A stretch of DNA of 32,000 nt, from NCBI GenBank assembly GCA_947448695.1, contig CANFOL010000005.1:69410-101409 (forward strand), written 5' to 3'. The translations under genes and the position numbers were made by a program. The notes under the pieces are model-generated. The model saw only the letters and a list, made by a program, of their open reading frames with translations. It did no database searches and was not told where the DNA came from. Shown here piece after piece: positions 1 through 10,091 of this stretch (the stretch's first letter is position 1; each line of letters opens with the position of its first letter). Source of the DNA: Burkholderiaceae bacterium. GTDB lineage: Bacteria; Pseudomonadota; Gammaproteobacteria; Burkholderiales; Burkholderiaceae.

Positions 1-1130
1 CTACCGATTATTAAAGCTCTGTGTAAGTTTTCAATTTCTACAATAGGCCGACCCAACCAAGGCAGGGTAATATCGTTTGTTGGATCAATTTGACGCAGGC
101 GTGTTTCCACATCATCAGATCCTAATTCTTTGATTAATTTTTGCAACAAATACAATTCTTCAACGGAACTCATTGGGTGAGCAATCGCTGCGATTGCTTT
201 CTCAGTGTGATCCGCTTTAACTCCAGATAAACCACTAGCGACATACTCAAGCGCAGTCTGCCAATCGGTTTCCAACCACTCTCCATTTTGTTTAATGAGC
301 GGTTGCTGCAAACGGTCTTCGCTATTTAAACCTTCATAAGCAAAACGGTCTTTATCAGAAATCCAACATTCGTTAATAGCTTCATTTTCAAAGGGCACGA
401 CCCGCATTACTCGCTCAGATTTAGTCTGAATAATCGTGTTGCTACCCATCGAGTCGTGTGGGCTTAAAGATTTCTTTCTACCCAATTCCCAAGTTCTCGC
501 AGCGTATCTAAAGGGTTTACTAGTCAATGCTCCTACAGGACAGATATCAATCATGTTGCCTGACATCTCTGAATCAACCGTTTGACCAACAAAAGAAGTA
601 ATTTCAGAATGCTCTCCACGTCCCAACATTCCTAACTCCATAACACCAGCAATTTCTTGTCCAAAACGAACACAGCGAGTGCAATGAATACAACGACTCA
701 TTTCTTCCATAGAAATCAGTGGTCCCACATTTTTATGGAATACCACTCTTTTCTCTTCTTGATAACGTGAGGCTGATTTTCCATAACCCATGGTTAAATC
801 TTGTAATTGACATTCACCACCTTGGTCACAAATTGGACAATCTAAGGGATGGTTAATTAATAAAAATTCCATCACAGACTTTTGTGCATTAACTGCTTTT
901 TCAGATCGCGTAAAGATCTTCATCCCTTTGTTAACAGGTGTGGCACAAGCAGGAACAGGTTTAGGAGCTTTTTCAACCTCGACCAAACACATTCTGCAAT
1001 TAGCAGCAATCGATAATTTTTTGTGATAACAAAAATGTGGAATATACGTGCCAATGCTTTGGGCGGCTTGAATGACCGTTGAGCCTTCCTTGACTTCGAC
1101 TAATTTTCCATCAATCTCAATTTCAACCAT
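1..1130 (-). CDS. nuoG: NADH-quinone oxidoreductase subunit G, N-terminal part (gene continues past the window start)
   Basis: Absent from the ORF track because it has no stop in the window. Manual translation from the ATG at 1128-1130 gives MVEIEIDGKLVEVKEGSTVIQAAQSIGTYIPHFCYHKKLSIAANCRMCLVEVEKAPKPVPACATPV... It carries the Fe-S cysteine clusters of the 75-kDa subunit (HPLDCPICDQGGEC, CIHCTRCVRF, CPVGALT). The frame stays open to position 1 and follows nuoF in canonical nuo order. Confidence 0.93.
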   Translation of the reverse strand, partial: MVEIEIDGKLVEVKEGSTVIQAAQSIGTYIPHFCYHKKLSIAANCRMCLVEVEKAPKPVPACATPVNKGMKIFTRSEKAVNAQKSVMEFLLINHPLDCPICDQGGECQLQDLTMGYGKSASRYQEEKRVVFHKNVGPLISMEEMSRCIHCTRCVRFGQEIAGVMELGMLGRGEHSEITSFVGQTVDSEMSGNMIDICPVGALTSKPFRYAARTWELGRKKSLSPHDSMGSNTIIQTKSERVMRVVPFENEAINECWISDKDRFAYEGLNSEDRLQQPLIKQNGEWLETDWQTALEYVASGLSGVKADHTEKAIAAIAHPMSSVEELYLLQKLIKELGSDDVETRLRQIDPTNDITLPWLGRPIVEIENLHRALIIG

Positions 1131-1158
1131 TCTGCTTACTCACTTTGATCTTTTTTCA

Positions 1159-2454
1159 TTAAATATATTGCGGAACAAGACAACGCTTGTTCTCAACGTG
1201 ATACACAAATTCAGGCATATAGTGCTTTAACATGCCGCGTACAGGCATCGCAGCAGCATCACCTAAAGCACAAATTGTTCTTCCCATAATGTTGCCTGCA
1301 ACGTCATTGAGCAAATCTAAATCATCAGGACGCCCCTGGCCATGCTCAATACGATTAACCATTCTCCATAGCCAACCAGTACCTTCACGACAAGGAGTAC
1401 ATTGCCCACAAGACTCTTCATGGTAAAAATAAGACAGTCTTAACAAGGACTTCACCATACAACGTGTCTCATCCATCACAATCACAGCACCAGAGCCTAA
1501 CATCGAGCCAGCTTTTGCAATGCTGTCATAGTCCATATCCGTGGCTAGCATCATCTCTCCAGGAATAACCGGAGCTGATGAACCTCCAGGTATAACGGCT
1601 TTAATTTTCTTACCGTCACGCATGCCGCCAGCAAGTTCTAATAGTTTTGCAAAGGGGGTTCCTAGAGGAACTTCATAATTACCTGGGCGAGCCACGTCAC
1701 CAGAGACGGAAAATATTTTCGTTCCACCATTGTTCGGTTTACCTAACTGTGCATATTGATCAGCGCCAATAGTAAAGATAAATGGCACCGCGGCAAAGGT
1801 TTCAGTGTTGTTAATCGTCGTTGGTTTGCCATATAAACCGAAACTGGCAGGGAATGGTGGCTTAAAGCGTGGTTGACCTTTTTTGCCTTCCAATGATTCT
1901 AGCAAGGCCGTTTCTTCTCCACAAATATATGCACCATATCCATGATGAGCATGCAACTGAAAGGAGAATTCTGAACCCATAATCTTCTCACCCAAGAAGC
2001 CAGCGGCACGCGCCTCATCGAGAGCTTTTTCAAAAATTGCATATTCATTCCAAATTTCACCATGAATATAGTTATACCCAACTGAAATTCCCATTGCATA
2101 ACCTGCAATTGCCATACCTTCAATAAGGGCATGCGGGTTATATCGAAGGATGTCACGATCTTTGAAAGTGCCAGGCTCACCTTCGTCAGAGTTACATACT
2201 AAATATTTATCTCCAGGTAATTGACGTGGCATAAAACTCCACTTCAATCCTGTAGGGAAGCCTGCGCCTCCTCGCCCTCTGAGCCCAGACGATTTTACAG
2301 TTGCAATCACTTGATCTTGAGATATTTTTTCTTCTAAAATTTTACGTAAAGAAGCATATCCACCCCTAGATACATAATCTTGCAAATGCCAATTACTACC
2401 ATTGAGATTAGCCAAAATGAGTGGATTTATATGCAAATCATGAAGTGAAGTCAT
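1159..2454 (-). CDS. nuoF: NADH-quinone oxidoreductase subunit F (51-kDa, NADH/FMN-binding)
   Basis: 431-aa ORF with [10 protein letters not shown] (FMN/NADH site) and [12 protein letters not shown] (4Fe-4S) motifs. It lies between nuoE and nuoG. Confidence 0.97.
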   Translation of the reverse strand: MTSLHDLHINPLILANLNGSNWHLQDYVSRGGYASLRKILEEKISQDQVIATVKSSGLRGRGGAGFPTGLKWSFMPRQLPGDKYLVCNSDEGEPGTFKDRDILRYNPHALIEGMAIAGYAMGISVGYNYIHGEIWNEYAIFEKALDEARAAGFLGEKIMGSEFSFQLHAHHGYGAYICGEETALLESLEGKKGQPRFKPPFPASFGLYGKPTTINNTETFAAVPFIFTIGADQYAQLGKPNNGGTKIFSVSGDVARPGNYEVPLGTPFAKLLELAGGMRDGKKIKAVIPGGSSAPVIPGEMMLATDMDYDSIAKAGSMLGSGAVIVMDETRCMVKSLLRLSYFYHEESCGQCTPCREGTGWLWRMVNRIEHGQGRPDDLDLLNDVAGNIMGRTICALGDAAAMPVRGMLKHYMPEFVYHVENKRCLVPQYI

Positions 2455-2457
2455 TAT

Positions 2458-2952
2458 CTATCCCGTCACTTTCTCATTCGCAGACAACTCTTGTAACAAA
2501 GCATCAATTTTGTCGTTCGTCATCCAACTACACATTCTTTTGTTATTGACTAATGCCACCGGAGCATCACCACATGCGCCCATACACTCTCCCTCAACGA
2601 GGGTAAACGTACCGCAAGATGTTGTCTCTCCAAATCCAATGCCTAGCTTTTGTTTCAAATACTCCGCTGCTCGTTTACCACCAGACAGTTCACATGGCAG
2701 ATTCGTACAAATCGCTAATTTAAATTTTCCTGTGGGTACTGTGTTGTACATGTTATAAAAAGTGGCAATTTCTTGGACCCAAATAGGTGGCATATCCAAT
2801 ATAGAAGCAACTTCAGCAATTGCATCAGCGGTTAACCAGCCATACTCATCTTGAGCTACTGCTAATGCAGCCATAACAGCCGATTGCTTTTGATCAGCTG
2901 GATACTTTGCTACATTTCGAGCAATTTCCTTTAAAGAATTTTCCGACAGCAT
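2458..2952 (-). CDS. nuoE: NADH-quinone oxidoreductase subunit E (24-kDa, 2Fe-2S)
   Basis: 164-aa ORF with the cysteine pattern CTNLPC...CMGACGDAP typical of NuoE. It is 3 nt from nuoF. Confidence 0.95.
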   Translation of the reverse strand: MLSENSLKEIARNVAKYPADQKQSAVMAALAVAQDEYGWLTADAIAEVASILDMPPIWVQEIATFYNMYNTVPTGKFKLAICTNLPCELSGGKRAAEYLKQKLGIGFGETTSCGTFTLVEGECMGACGDAPVALVNNKRMCSWMTNDKIDALLQELSANEKVTG

Positions 2953-2962
2953 CTCTATTTTC

Positions 2963-4216
2963 CTAACGATCTATTTCGCCAAACACAATATCTTGCGTTC
3001 CAATGATGGTCACTGCATCCGCAATCATGTGACCTCTTGCCATTTCATCTAAAGCTGCCAAGTGCGGGAAGCCTGGGGCACGAATTTTTAAACGGTAAGG
3101 TTTATTAGCCCCATCTGAGATTGCATAAATACCAAATTCACCTTTTGGATGTTCTACTGCAGCATAAGCTTGACCAGGCGGAACATGAATACCCTCAGTA
3201 AATAATTTAAAGTGATGAATCAACTCTTCCATGTTAGATTTCATATCCACACGATTAGGAACAGCCACTTTGTGGTTATCACTTATAACGGGTCCAGGGT
3301 TAGCTCTTAACCAAGTAATGCATTGTTTGATGATGTTATTCGATTGACGCATTTCTTCAACACGAACTAAATAGCGATCATAACTATCACCATTCACACC
3401 AACTGGTATATCAAATTTGAGCTTGTCATAGACCTCATAAGGTTGCTTCTTGCGCAAATCCCACTCAATACCAGAACCACGCAACATCGCACCCGTAAAG
3501 CCTAATTGCAATGCCCGCTCAGGGGTTACAACACCTATGCCAACTAAACGTTGTTTCCAAATGCGGTTATCTGTAAGGAGTGTTTCATATTCGTCAACAT
3601 AACCTGGGAAACGATTCGTAAAGTCTTCAATAAAATCGAGTAAGGAACCTGTACGATTTTCATTAATCTTTTTGATTGCTTTTTCGCCGCGAATCTTATT
3701 GACTGTGTACTGTGGCATTTGATCAGGCAAATCACGATATACTCCACCAGGACGATAGTAGGCAGCATGCATACGTGCGCCGGATACTGCCTCATACATA
3801 TCAAATAAATCTTCACGCTCTCTAAACGCATAAAGGAAGATTGCCATTGCTCCTACGTCTAGACCATGACATCCAATCCACAATAAGTGATTGAGGAGGC
3901 GCGTAATTTCGTCAAACATCACACGAATATACTGAGCACGTTCAGGCACATCGATTTGTAATAATTTTTCGATTGCCATGACGTAAGCATGCTCATTAGC
4001 CATCATAGACACATAATCTAAGCGATCCATGTACGGTACGTTCTGAATCCAGGTTCTTGTTTCTGCTAATTTCTCAGTAGCACGGTGCAATAAACCAATA
4101 TGCGGATCAGCACGTTGAATCACTTCACCATCCAACTCCAAAACAAGTCTCAACACGCCATGCGCTGCAGGATGTTGCGGTCCAAAGTTTAGAGTGTAAT
4201 TTTTAATTTCTGCCAT
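2963..4216 (-). CDS. nuoD: NADH-quinone oxidoreductase subunit D (49-kDa)
   Basis: Starts [31 protein letters not shown]..., the conserved NuoD N-terminus. I prefer the ATG at 4214-4216, 1 nt after the nuoC stop. The track start at 4240 adds 8 non-conserved residues and overlaps nuoC. Confidence 0.95.
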   Translation of the reverse strand: MAEIKNYTLNFGPQHPAAHGVLRLVLELDGEVIQRADPHIGLLHRATEKLAETRTWIQNVPYMDRLDYVSMMANEHAYVMAIEKLLQIDVPERAQYIRVMFDEITRLLNHLLWIGCHGLDVGAMAIFLYAFREREDLFDMYEAVSGARMHAAYYRPGGVYRDLPDQMPQYTVNKIRGEKAIKKINENRTGSLLDFIEDFTNRFPGYVDEYETLLTDNRIWKQRLVGIGVVTPERALQLGFTGAMLRGSGIEWDLRKKQPYEVYDKLKFDIPVGVNGDSYDRYLVRVEEMRQSNNIIKQCITWLRANPGPVISDNHKVAVPNRVDMKSNMEELIHHFKLFTEGIHVPPGQAYAAVEHPKGEFGIYAISDGANKPYRLKIRAPGFPHLAALDEMARGHMIADAVTIIGTQDIVFGEIDR

Positions 4217-4217
4217 C

Positions 4218-4811
4218 TTAAGACCCGTAACTTTCTTCACGAATCACGCGTGGCGTAACTTCACGTGGCTCTATCGTTATTGGTTGGTAAATAACACGCT
4301 TTTGATCTGGGTCATAACGCATTTCAACCTGACCGGAGACCGGAAAGTCCTTTCTGAATGGATGGCCAATAAAACCGTAATCAGTCAAAAGTCTTCGAAG
4401 ATCATCGTGACCTTCAAAAATAATCCCGAAAAGATCAAATGCTTCACGCTCATACCAGTTGGCGGAGCTCCAAACACCTGTCAAACTAGGAATCACCGGA
4501 AAATCATCGTTAGGAACCAAGACTATTAAACGTAAACGCCAATTATTGCTAACCGACAGCAAGTGTGAAACTACACCAAAACGCAGACCACTCCAAACGG
4601 TATCTCCGTAAGATTGATAATCAACGCCGCATAAATCAATTAATTGCTCAAAGGCAAAAGTCGTATCACTGCGTAATTTTTCAGCAACAGATAAATATTG
4701 CTCAGCAGGAACGGTCAGTGTTAGCTCGTTTAAACGAGCTTCAACCCTAACTACACTACCAAAAGTTTTTTCTAATAACTGCTGTAAATAGATTAGTCTT
4801 TCATTCATCAT
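4218..4811 (-). CDS. nuoC: NADH-quinone oxidoreductase subunit C (30-kDa)
   Basis: 197-aa ORF with a NuoC-like core ([31 protein letters not shown]). It lies between nuoB and nuoD. The start could be either of two adjacent ATGs (4811 or 4808). Confidence 0.94.
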   Translation of the reverse strand: MMNERLIYLQQLLEKTFGSVVRVEARLNELTLTVPAEQYLSVAEKLRSDTTFAFEQLIDLCGVDYQSYGDTVWSGLRFGVVSHLLSVSNNWRLRLIVLVPNDDFPVIPSLTGVWSSANWYEREAFDLFGIIFEGHDDLRRLLTDYGFIGHPFRKDFPVSGQVEMRYDPDQKRVIYQPITIEPREVTPRVIREESYGS

Positions 4812-4817
4812 CAGAAA

Positions 4818-5300
4818 TTACTCTTTTCTCGCAATAGTTGACGTGCGACGAATTTTTGCCTGCAACTGAATAATTCCGTACATCAAAGCCTCTGCCGTTG
4901 GAGGGCAGCCTGGTACATAAACATCGACTGGAACGATTCGATCACAACCTCTGACAACCGAATATGAGTAGTGATAATAACCGCCACCATTTGCACATGA
5001 ACCCATTGACAAAACCCAGCGAGGTTCTGGCATTTGGTCATACACTTTACGCAGAGCCGGTGCCATTTTGTTACACAAGGTACCGGCAACAATCATTAAA
5101 TCTGACTGTCTTGGGGATGGCCTAAAAACTACCCCAAAGCGGTCTAAGTCATACCTGGCGGCACCAGCATGCATCATTTCGACTGCGCAACAGGCCAATC
5201 CAAATGTCATTGGCCATAATGAACCAGTTCTTGTCCAATTGATTAGCTTGTCAGCTGACATCGTGACAAAGCCTTCTTTTAATAAACCTTCTAGCGCCAT
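4818..5300 (-). CDS. nuoB: NADH-quinone oxidoreductase subunit B (20-kDa/PSST, N2 cluster)
   Basis: 160-aa ORF with [21 protein letters not shown] and VPGCPP cysteine motifs. Confidence 0.97.
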   Translation of the reverse strand: MALEGLLKEGFVTMSADKLINWTRTGSLWPMTFGLACCAVEMMHAGAARYDLDRFGVVFRPSPRQSDLMIVAGTLCNKMAPALRKVYDQMPEPRWVLSMGSCANGGGYYHYSYSVVRGCDRIVPVDVYVPGCPPTAEALMYGIIQLQAKIRRTSTIARKE

Positions 5301-5320
5301 TGTATTTTTATTACTCTTGA

Positions 5321-5680
5321 CTATTCCCAGTCAAGAGCACCTTTTTTCCAAATATAAACAAATCCAACAACAAATTCCAAAAGAAAAACAATCATTGAAA
5401 TGTATCCAGCCCAACCAATTTCTTTGAGAGCCACGCCCCACGGAAACAAAAAGGCGGTTTCAAGGTCAAAAAGGATGAACAAAATTGCAACGAGATAGTA
5501 ACGAACGTCAAATTTCATACGTGCATCTTCAAATGCATCAAATCCACATTCGTACGGGGAAATTTTTTCTGGATCAGGATTTGATGGAGCAAGAAGCTTA
5601 CCCAAAGCCATAGGTACTAGCCCAACACCAATACCGACTAAGATAAATAAAAAGACTGGGAGATAATTACCTAGGTTCAA
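5321..5680 (-). CDS. nuoA: NADH-quinone oxidoreductase subunit A
   Basis: 119-aa protein with 3 TM segments, the PYECGF motif and a KKGALDWE C-terminus. It uses a TTG start codon (reverse complement of 5678-5680). The N-terminus MNLGNYLPV matches the usual NuoA start. Confidence 0.93.
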   Translation of the reverse strand: MNLGNYLPVFLFILVGIGVGLVPMALGKLLAPSNPDPEKISPYECGFDAFEDARMKFDVRYYLVAILFILFDLETAFLFPWGVALKEIGWAGYISMIVFLLEFVVGFVYIWKKGALDWE

Positions 5681-5765
5681 TTTTGTTCCACAATTTATTT
5701 ATGTCATAGAAATTACACATTCACAAATAAGATTGTAGAACATATTTGATGACAGAATTAAAACT

Positions 5766-5851
5766 TGGTGCCGTCGGCGAGACTCGAACTCGCACAGCCT
5801 TAGGCCACTACCCCCTCAAGATAGCGTGTCTACCAATTCCACCACGACGGC
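5766..5851 (-). tRNA. leuU: tRNA-Leu (anticodon GAG), CCA encoded
   Basis: Reverse complement is GCCGTCGTGGTGGAATTGGTAGACACGCTATCTTGAGGGGGTAGTGGCCTAAGGCTGTGCGAGTTCGAGTCTCGCCGACGGCACCA. It has a 7-bp acceptor stem GCCGTCG/CGACGGC and an anticodon stem CTATC/GGTAG with loop TTGAGGG. It also has a long variable arm (class II), T-loop GTTCGAGTC and 3' CCA. The position after secG mirrors E. coli secG-leuU. Confidence 0.93.
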
Positions 5852-5876
5852 ATCTGTAAAACAAGGTGTTATTTTA

Positions 5877-5897
5877 GCCCTTTTAATGAGTAAGGGC
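5877..5897 (-). terminator. Hairpin between secG and tRNA-Leu (weak terminator or processing or stabilising structure)
   Basis: Stem gccctt/aagggc (6 bp) with a 9-nt loop, 25 nt downstream of the secG stop. The trailing sequence on the minus strand (TAAAATAAC) is not a clean U-tract, so function is uncertain. Confidence 0.3.
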
Positions 5898-5921
5898 AAA
5901 ATTATTTAAAACTTTTTTTAA

Positions 5922-6287
5922 TTATTTTGGCGCAGAAGACCCTTGGTTAGGGTCAACTTCTTTTACTGACGACTTCGCTGGATCAGCCACAGGTTGATCC
6001 GGCACGCTCATTGCAGCAGGCTTTGATAAAACACCAGCATCACTCTCATGCTTAGTGCCAACATAACTTATGGATAAAGTCGATAAGAAAAATACCGCCG
6101 CCAAAATACCCGTTGTTCTAGATAAGAAATTAGAGGAACCTGTTGCGCCAAAAATACTCCCAGAAGAACCAGAACCGAAGGCAGCGCCCATATCAGCCCC
6201 CTTGCCTTGCTGGACCAAGACAAGTCCAATAACTCCAATAGCGGAGATAATTTGAACTACCATGAGTAAAGTTTTTAACCATTCCAT
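5922..6287 (-). CDS. secG: Preprotein translocase subunit SecG
   Basis: 121-aa ORF with an N-terminal TM helix, then the Gly-rich loop GKGADMGAAFGSGSSGSIFG, then a second TM. Conserved tpiA-secG-tRNA-Leu context. Confidence 0.9.
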   Translation of the reverse strand: MEWLKTLLMVVQIISAIGVIGLVLVQQGKGADMGAAFGSGSSGSIFGATGSSNFLSRTTGILAAVFFLSTLSISYVGTKHESDAGVLSKPAAMSVPDQPVADPAKSSVKEVDPNQGSSAPK

Positions 6288-6307
6288 AATTTTCTACCTT
6301 TCCTACG

Positions 6308-7069
6308 TTATATAACTTCGCCTGTTTGGCAAATTGATAAAAATTCTGGGACAACTAGTGATGCCCCTCCAACAAGTAATCCATCAATGTCAGGCATTTC
6401 TAATAACTGCTTCGCATTATCCGACTTCACACTACCGCCATAGATCATTTGTAAATTTTCCGCAACGCTACGATTTGTTGCGCCAATTTTTTCACGTAAC
6501 CAACCATGTACTTCTTGTGCTTGCTCAGCAGTTGCCGTTTGACCAGTTCCAATCGCCCAAATGGGCTCATAAGCCAATACAATCTGCTCAACCTGCTCTC
6601 CTAAACCCTGCAAAATAGAATCTACTTGAGCTGATAACACTTCTTCCATTTGCTTACTTTGTCGCTGCTCTAATGTTTCGCCAACACAAATTACAGGGGT
6701 CAAACCTGCAGCAATTGCATTTAAAGCTTTCTTAACAACTAATTCATTGGACTCCTGATGCCGCAATCTTCGTTCAGAATGGCCGACTAAAACATACCGA
6801 CAACCAAACTCTTTTAGCATTACACCCGAGACTTCCCCGGTAAATGCTCCAGATATTTCATCAGAAAGATCCTGCCCACCAAAATAAATTTCTTGATCAA
6901 GAATCAAGCCATTTAATTGCTGTAAATAAATACTTGGTGGGCATATCACAATCTGACGACCAGTAAGATCAATCTCTTTTAAACCATTTGAAAATAAGCT
7001 CGCATACTCTTCATTAAAAGACCAGTTACCATTTAACTTCCAATTCGCAATGATGAGTATGGGGCGCAT
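6308..7069 (-). CDS. tpiA: Triose-phosphate isomerase
   Basis: 253-aa ORF with ANWKLNG, VGHSERR and AYEPIWAIGTG active-site motifs. Confidence 0.96.
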   Translation of the reverse strand: MRPILIIANWKLNGNWSFNEEYASLFSNGLKEIDLTGRQIVICPPSIYLQQLNGLILDQEIYFGGQDLSDEISGAFTGEVSGVMLKEFGCRYVLVGHSERRLRHQESNELVVKKALNAIAAGLTPVICVGETLEQRQSKQMEEVLSAQVDSILQGLGEQVEQIVLAYEPIWAIGTGQTATAEQAQEVHGWLREKIGATNRSVAENLQMIYGGSVKSDNAKQLLEMPDIDGLLVGGASLVVPEFLSICQTGEVI

Positions 7070-7086
7070 TTCAACAACAACAGCAA

Positions 7087-9270
7087 TTATTGTTCAGCAG
7101 GTGGTTGCTCAGTAACCCCTGGAGCAATCTCTTCTGAAACAACAGCAGGTTGATGGGCTACTGGGGGCAATGGGCCGCCTTCCTCTGGGGTCAAGGCTTT
7201 CATTGACAACTTAAGACGACCACGCTCATCAGCAGCTAACAACTTAACTTTTACCACTTGCCCCTCTTCCAAGAAGTCTTTTACTTCTTTGACACGTTCA
7301 TGTGCAATCTCAGAGATATGTAATAAACCATCTTTACCCGGAAGAATATTGACTAAGGCACCAAACTCTAAAATCTTAACTACGGGCCCTTCATAAATCT
7401 TACCGACTTCAGCCTCAGCCGTAATACCTTCAATTCTACGTTTTGCTTCTTCCATTCCGGATGCACTTGTTGAAGCAATTGTGACTGTTCCGTCATCCTG
7501 AATATCAATACTGCAACCTGTTTCTTTTGTTAAGGCCTGAATCGTTGCACCACCCTTACCAATCACTTCACGAATCTTATCTGGATGAATCTTAATGGTT
7601 ACCATTCGAGGAGCATGCTCTGACAACTCTGTGCGAATATTCGACATTGATTCTTGCATCTTTGACAAAATATGCAAGCGACCTTCTTTTGCTTGCGCTA
7701 AAGCAACTTGCATGATTTCTTTAGTAATACCTTGTACTTTAATATCCATCTGCAAAGCAGTTACGCCATTGGCTGTACCAGCAACTTTAAAGTCCATATC
7801 ACCTAAGTGATCTTCATCACCAAGAATGTCGGTTAATACAGCAAAGCGGTTTCCATCAAGAATCAAGCCCATTGCAACACCAGCTACATGCGCTTTAATT
7901 GGCACACCAGCATCCATCAATGCGAGGCATCCGCCGCAAACTGATGCCATGGATGATGACCCATTTGATTCAGTAATTTCTGACACCAAACGAATACTGT
8001 AAGCAAAATCTTCAGATTTTGGCAAAACTGGAATTAATGCTCGCTTAGCTAAACGACCATGACCAATTTCACGACGCTTTGGACTACCTACACGGCCAGT
8101 TTCACCGGTGGCGAATGGAGGCATATTGTAGTGGAACATGAAACGATCACGATATTCACCTTCTAGGGCATCGATAATTTGCTCATCTCTGGCAGTACCT
8201 AATGTTGCAACGACCAAGGCTTGGGTTTCTCCACGAGTAAATAAAGCAGAACCATGGGTACGTGGTAGCACACCTGCCCTGATTTCAATCGGGCGAACTG
8301 TTCTTGTGTCACGGCCATCAATACGTGGCTCACCGCTGAGAACTTGGCTGCGAACAATTTTGGACTCTAAACCAAAAAGAATATTTCCAACAGCCACATC
8401 ATCCACGTCGCCTTCGCTAGCTAACTGCTCAAGCACCTTAGAAGTGACTTGTTTTAGCTCTGTTGAACGAGCTTGTTTTTGACGAATTTGATAAGCCGCA
8501 CGAAGACCATCCTCAGCAAGTGCAGTCACCTTTGCAATGAGTTCTTCATTCTTCGGCGCAGGCTTCCAATCCCACTCAGGTTTACCAGCATCACGCACCA
8601 AATCTTGAATTGCATCAATGGCAATTTTGGCTTGATCATGCCCGTACACAACTCCACCTAACATAATTTCTTCAGACAACTCATGAGCCTCTGACTCAAC
8701 CATTAATACCGCATTTTGAGTACCTGCAACAATCAAATCCAATTGACTTTCTAATTGCTCAGAACGAGTTGGGTTGAGCATATACTCACCATCTTTATAA
8801 CCGACTCGAGCTGCGCCTAAAGGTCCATGGAATGGAATACCAGAAATCGCAAGAGCCGCAGAGGCACCAATCAATGATGGAATATCAGCTGGCACTTCTG
8901 GATTGATAGACATGACGTGAATAACAATCTGAACTTCATTATAAAAATCTTCTGGAAATAAAGGACGGATTGGACGATCTATAAGTCGCGAAGTTAAAGT
9001 CTCACCCTCAGATGGTCGTCCTTCACGACGGAAAAATCCTCCAGGGATCTTACCTGCTGCATAGGTCTTTTCAACATAATCAACTGTTAATGGGAAAAAA
9101 TCTTGACCAGGCTTGGCATTTTTTGCAGCTACGACTGTAGCTAATACAACGGTATCGTCAACGTTAACCAATACTGCACCGCCAGACTGTCTTGCAATTT
9201 CACCAGTCTCCATCGTTACCGTGTGCTTGCCCCATTGAAACGTTTTTGTTACTTTATTAAACATACTCAT
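7087..9270 (-). CDS. pnp: Polyribonucleotide nucleotidyltransferase (PNPase)
   Basis: Two RNase PH domains plus KH and S1 domains. I prefer the ATG at 9268-9270 ([18 protein letters not shown]...), preceded by GGAGAAAAAG. The track start at 9282 is a TTG inside that Shine-Dalgarno region. Confidence 0.96.
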   Translation of the reverse strand: MSMFNKVTKTFQWGKHTVTMETGEIARQSGGAVLVNVDDTVVLATVVAAKNAKPGQDFFPLTVDYVEKTYAAGKIPGGFFRREGRPSEGETLTSRLIDRPIRPLFPEDFYNEVQIVIHVMSINPEVPADIPSLIGASAALAISGIPFHGPLGAARVGYKDGEYMLNPTRSEQLESQLDLIVAGTQNAVLMVESEAHELSEEIMLGGVVYGHDQAKIAIDAIQDLVRDAGKPEWDWKPAPKNEELIAKVTALAEDGLRAAYQIRQKQARSTELKQVTSKVLEQLASEGDVDDVAVGNILFGLESKIVRSQVLSGEPRIDGRDTRTVRPIEIRAGVLPRTHGSALFTRGETQALVVATLGTARDEQIIDALEGEYRDRFMFHYNMPPFATGETGRVGSPKRREIGHGRLAKRALIPVLPKSEDFAYSIRLVSEITESNGSSSMASVCGGCLALMDAGVPIKAHVAGVAMGLILDGNRFAVLTDILGDEDHLGDMDFKVAGTANGVTALQMDIKVQGITKEIMQVALAQAKEGRLHILSKMQESMSNIRTELSEHAPRMVTIKIHPDKIREVIGKGGATIQALTKETGCSIDIQDDGTVTIASTSASGMEEAKRRIEGITAEAEVGKIYEGPVVKILEFGALVNILPGKDGLLHISEIAHERVKEVKDFLEEGQVVKVKLLAADERGRLKLSMKALTPEEGGPLPPVAHQPAVVSEEIAPGVTEQPPAEQ

Positions 9271-9295
9271 CTTTTTCTCCAATTCATGAACAATA

Positions 9296-9316
9296 GACGC
9301 AAAACATCATTGCGTC
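9296..9316 (-). promoter_or_regulatory. Stem-loop in the pnp 5' leader (candidate RNase III or autoregulatory hairpin)
   Basis: On the minus strand GACGCAA-TGATGTT-TTGCGTC forms a 7-bp stem with a 7-nt loop about 25 nt upstream of the pnp ATG. Function is assigned only by analogy to the E. coli pnp leader. Confidence 0.35.
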
Positions 9317-9484
9317 ACTTATCGACGGTGATTTAATTCCCTCGAACATTAGAGCGTGAGATTTATTGATGAAATCAACAAGAAAGGGCATGCCATTCCA
9401 GTGGTGCTCTGTCCATTTTAAAAAACATCAATGGAATGACACATACCCAAATATTTCTCTTTAAACCCAAACTCTATTACTACT

Positions 9485-9520
9485 GATAAAACAATAATGC
9501 CCGCATGTGAAAGCGGGCAT
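9485..9520 (-). terminator. Rho-independent terminator or attenuator after rpsO
   Basis: On the minus strand ATGCCCGC-TTTCACAT-GCGGGCAT forms an 8-bp GC-rich stem (9497-9520) followed by TATTGTTTTATC. It starts 7 nt after the rpsO stop. Confidence 0.75.
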
Positions 9521-9527
9521 ATTTGAT

Positions 9528-9797
9528 TTACTTACGTAAACCTAATTTTTCAATTAACACTTTGTAACGATTTAAATCCTTACCTTTGAGGTAATCTAAA
9601 AGACGACGACGGCGAGATACCATCTTTAATAAGCCGCGACGACTATGATGATCTTTTAAATTTGCCTTGAAATGAGGCGTTAAATCATTAATACGAGCAG
9701 TTAAAAGCGCAACTTGCACTTCTGGACTACCTGTATCGTTTGCAGCACGTGCGTGCTCTTTGACAATCCCTGCTTTAGCTTCAGTATTTACAGCCAT
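9528..9797 (-). CDS. rpsO: 30S ribosomal protein S15
   Basis: 89 aa, [15 protein letters not shown]...[22 protein letters not shown], collinear with E. coli S15. The ATG at 9795-9797 is preceded by AAGGGG. The track start at 9800 is an adjacent in-frame TTG. Confidence 0.96.
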   Translation of the reverse strand: MAVNTEAKAGIVKEHARAANDTGSPEVQVALLTARINDLTPHFKANLKDHHSRRGLLKMVSRRRRLLDYLKGKDLNRYKVLIEKLGLRK

Positions 9798-9872
9798 CAA
9801 ATTACCCCTTACTTGCGAACACCAAAGCTCAAATCACACGATGTGAAGTCAACCTTATAAAGTGCCGTGATT

Positions 9873-9900
9873 AAAAAACTACCTCTTTTCATCAAGATAG
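9873..9900 (-). terminator. Hairpin plus T6 in the leuA-rpsO spacer (candidate leuA terminator)
   Basis: On the minus strand CTATCTT-GATGAAAA-GAGGTAG forms a 7-bp stem (two G-U pairs) followed by TTTTTTAAT. It lies about 190 nt after the leuA stop and about 75 nt before the rpsO ATG. Confidence 0.4.
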
Positions 9901-10091
9901 CCTTCCATTGTAGCAAAATTCTAGATTGATTAAAAGTTTTATCTCTTGAATGCTTTTCAATACAAAAGTCATCAAACCAAAATATATAACTAAATCAAAG
10001 GTTTATCTTGCAATCCCACCAATACGGGTTGCTTGACTGCAAAATCAACAACCTGACGTTGGGGCATTTTTAAAGTTAATCGAATGACTAT

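Noticed and set aside
9892-10067. Two small ORFs in the leuA-rpsO spacer (minus strand): 9990-10067 (25 aa, MPQRQVVDFAVKQPVLVGLQDKPLI) and 9892-9972 (26 aa, MTFVLKSIQEIKLLINLEFCYNGRLS)
   Set aside because: Neither has a Shine-Dalgarno sequence, a recognisable motif or codon-bias support. ORFs of this size are expected by chance in 294 nt.
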